Source of the DNA: an uncultured Allobaculum sp.
GTDB lineage: Bacteria > Bacillota_I > Bacilli_A > Erysipelotrichales > Erysipelotrichaceae
DNA length: 64,000 bases
Direction: 5' to 3'
Assembly: GCA_910577085.1 (NCBI GenBank)
Contig: CAJTLE010000001.1
Span: 728 to 64,727, forward strand
In this document: one piece after another, positions 8,340-18,623 of the stretch
How positions within the stretch are numbered: position 1 is the first letter of the stretch
How the letters are laid out: each line of letters begins with the position of its first letter
Position numbers and translations under genes: made by a program
Notes under the pieces: generated by a model
Seen by the model: only the letters and a program-made list of their open reading frames with translations
Told to the model about the DNA's origin: nothing
Databases searched by the model: none

Positions 8340-9899
8340 ATGTCAGACATTAAACCTGTAGACTACGAATCATTTAAGAAGAAGATTCCTCTTTTTAAAG
8401 AGAAATCTGAAGAGTTCTATAACAAAACTATGAACATGAAAGACTATAAGTCTTTCTCTGGAAAATACGGAAGCTATGCTCAGCGCGGCGGCAAAAAGAA
8501 CATGCTTCGTTTACGTATGACCGCTGGTAAAGTCACTCCAGATAAACTGCACTTTGTTGCGGATATGGCAGATAAATATGCGATCGAACCGATCCATTTT
8601 ACAACCTGCCAGACCATCCAGCTCCATAACCTCGACCTCGATGCGGTTGTGGATATCATGGACAAAGCTCTCGATCACAAGATCGTCTGGTATGGCGGCG
8701 GCGGAGACTATCCACGCAACGTCATGTGCTCCCCACTTTCCGGCGTTGAAGAAGAATACTTCGATGTAATGCCTTATGCGGAAGCATCCGCAAACTTCCT
8801 GCTGGACTTCATCGATAAGGAAAAAATGCCTCGTAAGCTGAAAGTCGGCTTCTCGAATAACCAGAAAAACGAACCACATGCCACTTTCCGTGACTTAGGC
8901 TTTGTCGCAAGACCAGATGGCAAATTTGATGTGTATTGTGCCGGTGGTCTGGGACGCGATCCAAAACTGGGTGTCCTGGTTGCAGAAGATGTAGATCCAA
9001 ACGAAATTCTCTACTACATCGAAGCCATGATCCTGATGTTCCGTGCATATGGAAACTACGAAAACCGTGCGAAAGCCCGTACCCGCTATATGCAGGATGT
9101 TTTAGGTGCCGATGGCCTGCGCAGAGAATTCGCAAAATATCTGGCTCAGGTCAAAGAATCCAAAGACCTGACGCTGACCGATATCGAAATTCCAAATATC
9201 ACCAAAAAAGGTGAAGGAGAACCTCTCGAAGAATCCTTCATCGTTCATAAACAGAAACAGCCTGGACTGTACGCTCTGCTCTATCATCCACGCGGCGGTA
9301 TTGTAACCAAAGAAACAGTTCGTGCTCTGTCTGATGCCATTGATGGCATGGAAGATGTAGAAGTTCGTCTGAAACCAGATGAAGGCAGCTACATCATCAA
9401 CCTGACTGCGGATGAAGCCCGTAAGATCCTGTCGATCATTGAAGCGGATGCAGCAACCAACGAATTCGAAACTTCTGAAGGCTGCATCGGTGCAACCATC
9501 TGCCAGGTTGGTCTGCGTGACTCTCAGGGTGCTTTAAAAGCAGTTCTGGATGCAGTCAAAGAAGCTGGCGACATTGCAGATAACGCTCTGCCTCAGATTC
9601 ATATTTCCGGATGCACATCCAGCTGTGCTGCCCATCAGATTGCTCCAATTGGTTTCCGCGGTAACTTAAAAGTTGTCGATAAAAAACCTGTTCCTGCTTT
9701 CTCGATGTTTGTAGAAGGCGATGATATTCAGGGCAATGAAAAACTTGGTGAAGAAGTCGGAATTATCGCGGAAAAAGATCTGCCTGCATTCCTGGTTAAA
9801 CTTGGCCGGGATATCACCAAATCGGGTCTGTCTTTCGAAGAATGGACAGATGCCAATCCAAACGGTCTGGTTGAAGAAGCACAGGAATTCTTCCTTTAA
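8340..9899 (+). CDS. Sulfite/nitrite reductase family hemoprotein (siroheme/[4Fe-4S] type)
   Basis: 519 aa. Carries the cluster/siroheme cysteine motifs CX5C (CIGATIC) and CX3C (CTSSC). Siroheme biosynthesis genes lie nearby. Confidence 0.75.
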   Translation: MSDIKPVDYESFKKKIPLFKEKSEEFYNKTMNMKDYKSFSGKYGSYAQRGGKKNMLRLRMTAGKVTPDKLHFVADMADKYAIEPIHFTTCQTIQLHNLDLDAVVDIMDKALDHKIVWYGGGGDYPRNVMCSPLSGVEEEYFDVMPYAEASANFLLDFIDKEKMPRKLKVGFSNNQKNEPHATFRDLGFVARPDGKFDVYCAGGLGRDPKLGVLVAEDVDPNEILYYIEAMILMFRAYGNYENRAKARTRYMQDVLGADGLRREFAKYLAQVKESKDLTLTDIEIPNITKKGEGEPLEESFIVHKQKQPGLYALLYHPRGGIVTKETVRALSDAIDGMEDVEVRLKPDEGSYIINLTADEARKILSIIEADAATNEFETSEGCIGATICQVGLRDSQGALKAVLDAVKEAGDIADNALPQIHISGCTSSCAAHQIAPIGFRGNLKVVDKKPVPAFSMFVEGDDIQGNEKLGEEVGIIAEKDLPAFLVKLGRDITKSGLSFEEWTDANPNGLVEEAQEFFL

Positions 9900-9948
9900 T
9901 CAACAGACTGAAACGTTCAGACCAGAAAACTGAATTTGAATCTCATCG

Positions 9949-9976
9949 AAAGGCTTCGTGAAGGCGAAGCCTTTTT
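9949..9976 (+). terminator. Rho-independent terminator after the reductase gene
   Basis: The hairpin AAGGCTTCG-TGAAGG-CGAAGCCTT is followed by a T-run. Confidence 0.7.
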
Positions 9977-10201
9977 GAGTGGACGAGTATACGGGCGTTA
10001 ACCTGCTGTAAGAATCTGAGTGATTCGAAGCGGCAAAATGCCCGGAAAGGATAAAATAAGGTCGTTATTGTCAGACCACAGGCAAAGAGTCTGTGCCAGA
10101 AACCATGCAGTAAATCTTTGCCAGACAGGTAGAAGATCTTTGTCAAACGGGTCTGATCCAACAATTTAGAAATACAACAATACAGAAATAGAGGAGGTTC
10201 C

Positions 10202-11221
10202 ATGAAAATGTTCAAATCACAGGCTTACTGCGCTCTGCTGGCAGCAAGCCTGATTCTTTACGGCTGCTCTTCCAGTCAGTCTTCCACCACATCAAGTGCA
10301 GGCCAGAGCTCAACCACAGCTTCTTCCAGTGTTGAATCCAAAACTGATCAGTTTTCCAGTGCCGTTTCCAGCTCTTCAGATACCGAAACGATTACCCTGG
10401 TGGATGACCTGGACCGGACCGTGGAATTTGAAAAGCCGCAGCGGGTTGCCGTTCTGATTGGCAGCTTTGCGGATGAATTTGCCAATGCGGGTGGAGAGAA
10501 TCTGATTGTTGCCGCCCCACACGATACCTTTACCCAGTTTGATCTGGATCTCAAAGATGCAGCCGATCTTGGTGAGGTCAAAAATATCGCTCAGGAAACC
10601 CTGATTGCCGCTGAACCGGACCTGGTCATTGCCAGTGCCAAAAATGACAGCCAGAAAAAGATGCTGGAAGTCCTGGAAAATGCCAATATTCCGGTCCTCT
10701 ATTACGATGTGTCCAGCTTCGACGACTATCTGCGCACCCTCAAAGCCATGACAACCATTACGGGAGATACAGAAGCGTATCAGAAAAATGGTCTGGATCA
10801 GCAGGAAGCGATCGAGGCCATCCAGAATACCGAACGCAGTGAAACGCCAAAAGTTCTGGCCGTTCGTGAAACCGGTAAGGGTGTAAAAGCCTTAGGATCA
10901 GAGAACAGCCTGCTTGGTCAGATGCTTGCGGATCTGAAAGCAGAAAATATTGCGGGTGAAGGCGGACTGGATACGTTATCCATGGAAGAAATCCAGATGC
11001 AGAATCCAGGTGCCATTTTCTATGTTGCGCAGGGGAAAGATCAGGAAACAGCCGAACAGATGGCTGAGCAGCTGTTTACTTCGGATGCCTGGAAAAATCT
11101 CGATGCTGTCAAAAACGGCCGGGTCTATGTACTGGATCAGAAACTGTACAATTTAAAACCAAACGCAAATTGGGCCAGTGCACTTAAAGATCTGGAATCT
11201 ATGTTGTATCCATCAAAATAA
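10202..11221 (+). CDS. ABC transporter substrate-binding lipoprotein (FhuD/BtuF-like, iron-chelate/corrinoid/heme class)
   Basis: Signal peptide with lipobox LILYGC, followed by an S/T-rich linker. EPDLVIAS-type motif of periplasmic binding protein class 8. Followed by a FecCD permease and an ATPase. Confidence 0.8.
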   Translation: MKMFKSQAYCALLAASLILYGCSSSQSSTTSSAGQSSTTASSSVESKTDQFSSAVSSSSDTETITLVDDLDRTVEFEKPQRVAVLIGSFADEFANAGGENLIVAAPHDTFTQFDLDLKDAADLGEVKNIAQETLIAAEPDLVIASAKNDSQKKMLEVLENANIPVLYYDVSSFDDYLRTLKAMTTITGDTEAYQKNGLDQQEAIEAIQNTERSETPKVLAVRETGKGVKALGSENSLLGQMLADLKAENIAGEGGLDTLSMEEIQMQNPGAIFYVAQGKDQETAEQMAEQLFTSDAWKNLDAVKNGRVYVLDQKLYNLKPNANWASALKDLESMLYPSK

Positions 11222-11358
11222 TGAACAGAGTCGAAACTCTGAACAGATATAGATTCATGAGCAGATAAATGCTGTAAACGGATAGATGTCATAAACAAAT
11301 AGACATCATCAATTGATACCCATCATAAACAGAAACTGGAAAGGAGAGCTGGTTAGAC

Positions 11359-12423
11359 ATGGATGATCATTCATCCTCTCAAAAGAGACCCAGAACAGAT
11401 GGTCCCCCATGGGATCATCGAAAAAAAGATCATTCGAATCCAAATCGGGATGTGAAAGCAACGGGCCAGACGGGTCATCCGGGGCGCATTCTGTTTGTTT
11501 CCGTCTTGCTTTGTGCGGCCTGTTTTGTGCTCTCCTTACTGGCCGGACCGGCAGGATTGCTGGATCTGCGTAATCCAACCATGCAGACCATTTTGCTTCA
11601 TATGCGGCTGCCACGGGCTTTAGGCTCACTGCTTGCCGGCAGTGCATTGGCTGTAAGTGGTGCTCTGATTCAGACGGTGCTCAACAACCCCTTGGCCTCC
11701 GCAAACTTGATCGGGATTAATTCCGCCGCCGGATTTTTTACCATTCTTGCGGGAATTCTCTTTCCGACGATGGTGGGCCTGCCCTCGATAGCTGGATTTT
11801 TTGGGGCGATGCTTTGTGCAGGAATGATTCTGCTTTTGATCTGGAAAAAGCAGGCCAGTAAGCTGACGATCATTCTGGCCGGGCTTGCCATCAGTCAGGT
11901 TTTTTCGGCCGGGATCGATCTGTTGACGGTCATTGTCCCAGATGCTCTGAGCGGGTATGCCTCGTTTAAAATCGGTTCACTGGCTTCGATTTCTTTATCG
12001 AAGGTCGGTTATGGAGCCATTTTGATTTTGCCGGCGCTGGCTCTGGCGATTTTTTGCAGCAGACAGCTCGAAATGTTTTCGCTGGGGGCGTTACAAAGCA
12101 AAGCCCTTGGATTTCCGATCCGACGCTGGACGGTCATCTTTCTGGCTTTAGCCGCCTTACTTTCGGCGGGAACGGTCAGCTTTTGTGGAATGCTTGGCTT
12201 TGTCGGCCTGATTGTCCCGGCCTGGCTGCGTCGGTTTCATCTGTCGGTCAAGACCTACCTGCTGGAATGTCTGTTGTGCGGGGCGATGCTGGTGTGTCTG
12301 GCCGATGTGTTAGGCCGCGTGATTCTGATTCCGTGGGAACTGCCGGCTGGACTCTTGCTTGCTTTGGCGGGTGGTCCGTATTTCCTGTATCTGCTATTAG
12401 GAAGAAGGAATCTGGATGCTTGA
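11359..12423 (+). CDS. FecCD-family ABC permease (start codon uncertain)
   Basis: RLPRALGSLLAGSALAVSGALIQTVLNNPLASANLIGINSAAG is the classic FecCD/BtuC signature, with multiple TM helices. The first ~43 residues of the track ORF are hydrophilic and may not be translated. Confidence 0.85.
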   Translation: MDDHSSSQKRPRTDGPPWDHRKKDHSNPNRDVKATGQTGHPGRILFVSVLLCAACFVLSLLAGPAGLLDLRNPTMQTILLHMRLPRALGSLLAGSALAVSGALIQTVLNNPLASANLIGINSAAGFFTILAGILFPTMVGLPSIAGFFGAMLCAGMILLLIWKKQASKLTIILAGLAISQVFSAGIDLLTVIVPDALSGYASFKIGSLASISLSKVGYGAILILPALALAIFCSRQLEMFSLGALQSKALGFPIRRWTVIFLALAALLSAGTVSFCGMLGFVGLIVPAWLRRFHLSVKTYLLECLLCGAMLVCLADVLGRVILIPWELPAGLLLALAGGPYFLYLLLGRRNLDA

Positions 12424-13195
12424 AGTCCGTTCTCTGAATGCCGGATATCCTTCCCGGCTTATTTTGAAAGATATCAATGCTTCGTTTGAGGCGGGCAAGC
12501 TTTATATTCTGCTCGGTCCGAATGGATCGGGAAAAACAACCCTGCTCAATACGATCGGCGGCTGGCAGAAGCCTTTTGGGGGTCAGGTTCTGGTCGATGG
12601 CAAAGATCTGTTTGAACAAAGTGACCGCCAGCGTGCCCATCTGACTGGCCGCATGGCCCAGCAGACTGCTTCGCTTTCCATGACGGTTTCCCGCTTTGTT
12701 CTGCTTGGCTGTTACGCCAATCAGGCCTGGATCAATCCGTACTCGCTTGCCGATTATCAGAAGGTGGATCAGGTTCTTACGGCGTTAAAACTGACGGATC
12801 TGGCCGATCGCCGGATGGACCAGATTTCTTCCGGTCAGCGTCAAAGGGCAGCGATTGCTCAGGTGCTCGCCCAGGATCCGGTCTGCCTGTTACTCGATGA
12901 GCCAGGCAGTGCTCTGGACCCTTCCGCCCGGTTTAAATTGATGGAAACGCTGGTCAGTCTGCGCTCGGCTGATCGGGTGCTGCTGGCGATTGTGCATGAT
13001 CTGGATCTGGCTCTTCGTTATGGAGATGAACTGCTGGTTCTGGATCAGGGACAGCTTGTTTTTCAGGGAACCGGAGATGAGCTGGTCAGAAGCCATGTTG
13101 TTGAGGATGTCTTTGGTCTGGTCATCAAAGACTGGGATCCAGAGACCCGCACCGGTCGGATTTTCCCGGCCGCCTGTGAAGGAAAATGGATCTGA
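12416..13195 (+). CDS. ABC transporter ATP-binding protein
   Basis: Walker A GPNGSGKTT, signature SSGQRQR and Walker B LLLDEP. An 8-nt overlap with the permease gene. Confidence 0.9.
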   Translation: MLEVRSLNAGYPSRLILKDINASFEAGKLYILLGPNGSGKTTLLNTIGGWQKPFGGQVLVDGKDLFEQSDRQRAHLTGRMAQQTASLSMTVSRFVLLGCYANQAWINPYSLADYQKVDQVLTALKLTDLADRRMDQISSGQRQRAAIAQVLAQDPVCLLLDEPGSALDPSARFKLMETLVSLRSADRVLLAIVHDLDLALRYGDELLVLDQGQLVFQGTGDELVRSHVVEDVFGLVIKDWDPETRTGRIFPAACEGKWI

Positions 13196-13296
13196 TTTCT
13201 GGTCCAGAATTTTCAGGTTCTGAACTTTCTGTTCCTGGCTCTTTCGTTCTTGAATTCCGTATACAATCCTTTAAATTTGAACTGAATATTCATCAG

Positions 13297-13331
13297 ACAG
13301 TCTGACTTGGATTTGGTCAGGCTGTTTTTTT
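13297..13331 (+). terminator. Rho-independent terminator of the ABC operon
   Basis: ACAGTCTGAC ... GTCAGGCTGT (10-bp stem with one G-T pair) followed by TTTTTTT. Confidence 0.75.
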
Positions 13332-13540
13332 GTGGTCTGATCATTTGATGGCTCAAGAAAAAGGGCGTTTGAAAGGAGGGGAAAGGGGAAGAAAGGCAGG
13401 AAACGGGCCCCTTTTGAGGACGGACGAGATACAGGATGGAGAATTTGTTCAGACGAACTAACCAAAACGGTTGATTTTGTGGCGAGATGGGTGGAAAAGT
13501 ACGCTACAATGAGAAAACGCACACAAGGGAGGGAAGGAAT

Positions 13541-14077
13541 ATGACTGAAATTAAAGCAATCTGTGGCGATATTACCGAGGATCATGGCATGATGGCGATC
13601 GTCAATGCAGCCAATACCAGTCTGCTTGGCGGCGGTGGCGTGGATGGAGCCATTCACCGGGCTGCTGGACCTGAACTTCTTGAAGAATGTAAGACACTCA
13701 ATGGCTGCCCAACTGGACAGGCTAAACTGACAAAAGGTTACAATTTACCCGCTGCCTATGTCATTCACACACCTGGCCCACGCTGGCGCGGTGGAAATGA
13801 GAAGGAAAGAGAACTGCTGGCAGACAGCTATTGGAACTGCCTGCAGGTCGCTCTGGACCATCAGATCAGTTCGGTTGCGTTTCCATCGATTTCAACAGGG
13901 ATTTATCATTTCCCATTGCGGGAAGCCTCAATGATCGCTATTTCGACGGTAAAGCGTTTTGTAGATCACAATCCGGACGCTTTTTCGCAGATTCTCTTTG
14001 TCCTTTTCGATGACAAAACCCGGCACATGTACGATAAAGCCATTCACCAGGTCTGTTCAGCAGAGTCTGTCAGCTGA
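13541..14077 (+). CDS. Macro domain protein (O-acetyl-ADP-ribose deacetylase / ADP-ribose-binding, YmdB-like)
   Basis: IVNAANTSLLGGGGVDGAIHRAAG macro-domain signature. ATG 13541 follows a GGGAGGGAAGG SD; the track ORF starts earlier, at 13487. Confidence 0.85.
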   Translation: MTEIKAICGDITEDHGMMAIVNAANTSLLGGGGVDGAIHRAAGPELLEECKTLNGCPTGQAKLTKGYNLPAAYVIHTPGPRWRGGNEKERELLADSYWNCLQVALDHQISSVAFPSISTGIYHFPLREASMIAISTVKRFVDHNPDAFSQILFVLFDDKTRHMYDKAIHQVCSAESVS

Positions 14078-14099
14078 TCTGCCCTGGCTTTTTTCGATT

Positions 14100-14146
14100 A
14101 AAAAAAGTCCGATTCAGGCATCAATGAAATGCGCGATCGGACTTGT
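14100..14146 (-). terminator. Possible terminator of the siroheme operon (minus strand)
   Basis: AGTCCGAT / ATCGGACT 8-bp stem with a large 22-nt loop. The A7 run on the plus strand gives a T-run on the minus strand. Confidence 0.4.
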
Positions 14147-14310
14147 CGTTTCTGAGGATATTTTCCCGAATCTGTCCTGGATTGATCGGGTTGATTGACC
14201 CGGTCTGTAAGGATCCAACAGGCGGTGTTTCTTTTTTTCAGGAGTAGTGTTCAGCAGTGTTCAGAATTTTCTTGTGGGATAGCCGGGTGCTCTCAGGGGA
14301 CTGGGCTGTC

Positions 14311-15804
14311 CTATGCGGATTCTTTTTTGCTTCTCGCATCCGTAAGAAGCAGGCCGGCCACCTGTTCAACCTGGGGACTTGGGCTGATCAGAATTTCACT
14401 GTCTAAGTCACTGACCAGATCGGCAATCTCTTTGGACAGTGCAATGATCGTTTTGACACGCGGTCTTTTTTCCAGACTCTTCCAGCACTTGGCGGCTGTA
14501 CGGCTTGGCAGAACCAGATAGTCATATTCTAGATCAGCTTCCAGAGCCCTTCCGGGTCGGCATTCGAAATCATACAGGGGCACAAAGTCAGTTTTGATAT
14601 CGGTTCGCTTAGAAAGTTCATCCCGTAAAATTGGCAGAGCTTTCTGACTTTGCATCAGGACAACATGCTGGCCACTTTTTACCTTGCTTTGCAGTTCCCT
14701 GGCAAGGGAGGTGCTGTCAGAGCCGGAAGCCACCAGATCCGGAACGATCAAAGACTGTTCAAATCTTCTGGCTGTTCCTTTACCGATGCAGGCAATATGG
14801 ATGTTGGCAAGACTTCTCAGATCCCGGTGTTCCTGGGAAAGCAGATTCAAAAAGCGCTCGGCCCCATGCGGTGAGGTGAAGACCAGCCAGTCCGGGTGAT
14901 CGTCAAGAATGTCTGAAAGGTCGATTTCAAAATCCGTGTAGTCGTGGCGCAGAAGACTTGCCCACTGCATATCAGGAGGCAGAAGAGCACTTAGTTTTGC
15001 ATTAAAATCTTCAGATCCGCCAAGAGCAATCCGGATTGGGTTAAGGGGGGAATAACTCGCAACAGAGCCCCCAATCGCAATAATTCCGGGACTTTTTAAA
15101 CGATTTTCCTCTGCGCTCTTTGCGAGACGGCCAAGAGATGTTTTAATGCTTGTTGTCATTGTAAACACAGGACTTGTAAAGATTGCACAGGGAGTCGCGG
15201 GATCAAGGCCGGCTTCGATCAGATTTTGACTGATTGAATCCAGGTCAGCCATCCCCATCAAAAAGACAAGGGTTCCCTGAAATCCTGCAATCTGTTTCCA
15301 CTCGGTTCTGGTTCGTGGCTGCTTAGCGTTATGGGCGGTGAGCACCATGAATCCAGCGGCCTGTGAGCGTTTTGTCAGTCCGAAGGCTTCTTTGGAGGGA
15401 ATGCCATAGAACGACGAAATGCCAGGCAGGACGCGTACCGAGATGCCATGTGCTTCTAAAAATTCGATCTCTTCCATACCGCGGCCAAAGATCATTGGAT
15501 CTCCCCCTTTCAGGCGGACGACCTTTTTACCGTCTAAAGCCTCGTCAACCAGCAGCTGATTGATTTCACGCTGATCGGCACTGACCAGATGGCCCCGCTT
15601 GCCACGGTAAACTCTTTGCGCTCCTGGATGAGCACAATTGACGATGCTTTCATCGACCAGATCGTCATAAATGACGATATCGGCTCTGGCAATTGCTTCT
15701 TTTGCAGCAGCCGTCAGCCACGAAGCATCATGACAGCCAGCCCCAACCAGATCGACAACTGGTTTTGAATTCAGAGATGGATTTACGATCGGTTTGTCGC
15801 TCAT
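14311..15804 (-). CDS. Uroporphyrinogen-III C-methyltransferase fused to uroporphyrinogen-III synthase (CobA/HemD-type fusion)
   Basis: N-terminal SUMT motifs (VDLVGAG..., VRLKGGDPMIFGRGMEE), and a ~240-aa C-terminal extension of HemD size. A 4-nt overlap with the upstream sirC-like gene. Confidence 0.8.
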   Translation of the reverse strand: MSDKPIVNPSLNSKPVVDLVGAGCHDASWLTAAAKEAIARADIVIYDDLVDESIVNCAHPGAQRVYRGKRGHLVSADQREINQLLVDEALDGKKVVRLKGGDPMIFGRGMEEIEFLEAHGISVRVLPGISSFYGIPSKEAFGLTKRSQAAGFMVLTAHNAKQPRTRTEWKQIAGFQGTLVFLMGMADLDSISQNLIEAGLDPATPCAIFTSPVFTMTTSIKTSLGRLAKSAEENRLKSPGIIAIGGSVASYSPLNPIRIALGGSEDFNAKLSALLPPDMQWASLLRHDYTDFEIDLSDILDDHPDWLVFTSPHGAERFLNLLSQEHRDLRSLANIHIACIGKGTARRFEQSLIVPDLVASGSDSTSLARELQSKVKSGQHVVLMQSQKALPILRDELSKRTDIKTDFVPLYDFECRPGRALEADLEYDYLVLPSRTAAKCWKSLEKRPRVKTIIALSKEIADLVSDLDSEILISPSPQVEQVAGLLLTDARSKKESA

Positions 15805-16478
15805 TTTTGCTCCTCTTCTTTCTGTTTCTGGTCATATAACAACAGAAGGGCTTCAAGATGGTCTGCATCGAGCGGACCATGGTTGGCCAGACTGTCTTTA
15901 AACAATTGGGAAAACAAGGCTGCCCGTATCGGTTGAACCTTGTATCGTTCGATAATGACCGGCCGTAATGCAGCCAGCCATTCCAGAATGGATGAAAATT
16001 CTTCTGGGATAATCGAGCGGATCTGGTTTTTGATGTAGACGGCAGCACTTGGGGAAGCACCAGACGTGGAAACACCGATGACCAGATCGCCCTGTTCAAT
16101 GACAGCGCCGAAAATACAGTCTGACAAGGCTGCATTGTCGACCACATTACAGAGGATCCCCTTGTAGCGACATGCTTTCGCGATCCTCTCATTTTCGAAA
16201 TAATCATCGGTGGCTGCAATCACAAACTGGCAGCCATCCAGATCCGATACCATCCAGCCTCGATTGATCAGCTGGATTTTTTTTTGCGCCGCCATCTGCT
16301 CAAGCTCATCAGCGCATTCTGGAGCAATAATCGTCAAAGCCGCGCCCGTTTTGAGCAGCCGCTTCGCTTTTTCTAATGCCGTATGTCCACCCCCGATAAT
16401 GGAAACGGGTTTGTTGGAAAAATCAAAAAATAAAGGAAAGTAGGCCATAAAAACTCCTTTCGTCCTTACTCTTACCAA
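15801..16478 (-). CDS. Precorrin-2 dehydrogenase / sirohydrochlorin ferrochelatase (SirC / CysG N-terminal / Met8-like)
   Basis: Rossmann motif VSIIGGGHTALEKAKRLLKTGAALTIIAP at the N-terminus; 225 aa; operonic with the SUMT fusion. Confidence 0.8.
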   Translation of the reverse strand: MVRVRTKGVFMAYFPLFFDFSNKPVSIIGGGHTALEKAKRLLKTGAALTIIAPECADELEQMAAQKKIQLINRGWMVSDLDGCQFVIAATDDYFENERIAKACRYKGILCNVVDNAALSDCIFGAVIEQGDLVIGVSTSGASPSAAVYIKNQIRSIIPEEFSSILEWLAALRPVIIERYKVQPIRAALFSQLFKDSLANHGPLDADHLEALLLLYDQKQKEEEQK

Positions 16479-17950
16479 GTATAGCGGTCACCCGGATTTT
16501 CCGGCTTTTCAAGGCCGCAAAAAATGAGTGGCTCTTATCTGGAATCGTGTCAGGCGGGGTTCTGTCTTTGAATGCAGAGGGGATCAAGATTCTTGAATCC
16601 ATAATTTCGCTTCCAGAATTTGAATCTTATTCTTTTTCATCTGACCATTTCCCTCTGACCATTTGCCTTTGATGATTTCCCTTCGATCAAAGGAAGGCAG
16701 GTCAAAACCTTGCCTGAAATTTTGCGTAATTTTATGAAAATAACTGTATGAATTTAAATCCCAGTGGATTATGATCGCAACAGTCCAAAAAAGGAGGATA
16801 GACCATATTTGTACATTCCTGAATAGAAAAGATGTACAGGACAGAGATTCTATCTGTAAAAAATCCGGCAGGCTGTAAAGATCAGGAATGGTCATTGAAC
16901 CATAGAACTGGAACTTGAGTCTTCACGGACAGACTGTCTGATCAGGATGAGTGCAGGACTCAATGGCCAGGGCGATTTATTTTTAGTAATGTTCAAAAAA
17001 GATGTCGAAAATACCCAGTTCAGGCATAGTGAAGACAGACTCAACGGTGTTCACCATACACAGACAAAAAACAAGGCCGTACAAGTGTTGAAAGTTGAAA
17101 AGGGTAAAGATAAATCGCTATCATAAAGTGAGTTTAGGGGTGCCTGACATTGTTGATCTTTCTGTCCCGATCCGCGAAATGAAAGAGTGAATATTCAAAT
17201 CCGAATTATTCATAAATGGATAAAACCATATCTTGAATCGTATCGACATGAAGTAACTTTATGGTCAGTCAGGTCGAAATTCAGGCTGTGAATATGGAAA
17301 AAACTGCCATAAATATGGCTCATATAAATATTAAAATCGTTCAAAGACAGAACGATTATTCCTGGACCAATACGAATTTTGTCCCCAGAAAATGGGCATA
17401 AATGCGCAAAAAATGCCATTTTTGTTGGTTACATAAAAATAACTCAATTAAGATTTTCTTTAAATGGAGAAATCTATTGATAAACTTCGGTAAAAAAGTG
17501 TAAGATTTATAAAAAGTGAATGGATAGTGGCGGAGATGATATACAGAATTCACCGTTCGAAGATTACATCCATTTGCCAAGTGCGAATCAGGCGATTGAA
17601 GGAGGGGGTCCTGCACAGATAACCTGAAATTCGACTTTTCCCGTTTTAATTCATTTCGACGTCCAGTCAGTCTGCGTTTTGAAGATCTTTTTTCAGGATG
17701 TGGAAAAGAAAAATTGTTCTGAATCCGCAGACAAAAATCAAAGGAAAGGATAAAGCTTCTCAACGTGATTTGAATTTACCTGGGAGAACTCCTCGATATA
17801 CGGATAGCAGTGCGTTTCGAGGGGATGTACCGCCGACTGGGTGGGAATTTACGCATGTGGACTGTCAGCACATCTGCCTATGCTTCCAAATTGCCGACAG
17901 GAAGAAACATGAATAGAAGAAGGCCGTAAGGCTGAAACGAGAAGCAGGGA

Positions 17951-18250
17951 TTGTCTTTGGCGAAAAAATCTGCTTGTGTGGAACTTGAAGTTGGTAGTCC
18001 TGAATATTCAGTCGTTCATGCTATTCAGGATACGAGAGAACGGCTTCAGATTACACAGACCGAACTTGCTAGACGCACTGGGATTGACCAGGGGGATATT
18101 TCTAAACTCGAACGTGGAACGCGAAACCCGTCTTTAAAGCTGCTTAAAAGACTCGCTCACGGTCTGGGGATGGAACTTAAGATTTACTTTATTCCTATCG
18201 AATCGTCTCAGGAAGGCGATAGCCAGCCAACCGATCATGCCGGACTTTAA
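17951..18250 (+). CDS. XRE-family helix-turn-helix protein (antitoxin-like). It has no ATG start and may be a fragment.
   Basis: ITQTELARRTGIDQGDISKLERGTRNPSLKLLKRLAHGLG is a canonical XRE HTH. Only TTG/GTG starts without a convincing SD are available. A strong terminator overlaps the stop codon. Confidence 0.55.
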   Translation: MSLAKKSACVELEVGSPEYSVVHAIQDTRERLQITQTELARRTGIDQGDISKLERGTRNPSLKLLKRLAHGLGMELKIYFIPIESSQEGDSQPTDHAGL

Positions 18251-18267
18251 TTAGTCCGGTTTTTTTG
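18240..18267 (+). terminator. Rho-independent terminator after the XRE gene
   Basis: CCGGACT-TTAATT-AGTCCGG followed by TTTTTTT. Confidence 0.75.
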
Positions 18268-18571
18268 ACCCCATTTTTCCTGGAACATAAAAAACAGGCT
18301 CCATACAAGGAGCATACGGGGATCAACAGGAAAACAGTCCCCGCTCAATCAATGAGAGTTTGCCAGACTTGCCATGTTCGATACAATAAAGAATTGAATC
18401 CATCGATTGAATCCACAGGGAACAAAATTTCAAATTCTGTCCGTCCCTGATTTTCTGGTTCTCGTTTTCATCTTCCTGAGATCTGCTTTTGATCGTCTTT
18501 TTTGGGCGAATCGGCAGATCGACCTTTAGAATAAAGGGTGAAAGCAGAAATCAGAAAAGGAAAAGCGCCAT

Positions 18572-18623
18572 CCGTACAGGGCCTCCATGACAGGATGCCG
18601 TACAGGACTTCCATGACAGGATG
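18572..18623. repeat. Imperfect 26-bp tandem duplication
   Basis: CCGTACAGGGCCTCCATGACAGGATG is directly followed by CCGTACAGGACTTCCATGACAGGATG. Confidence 0.85.
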
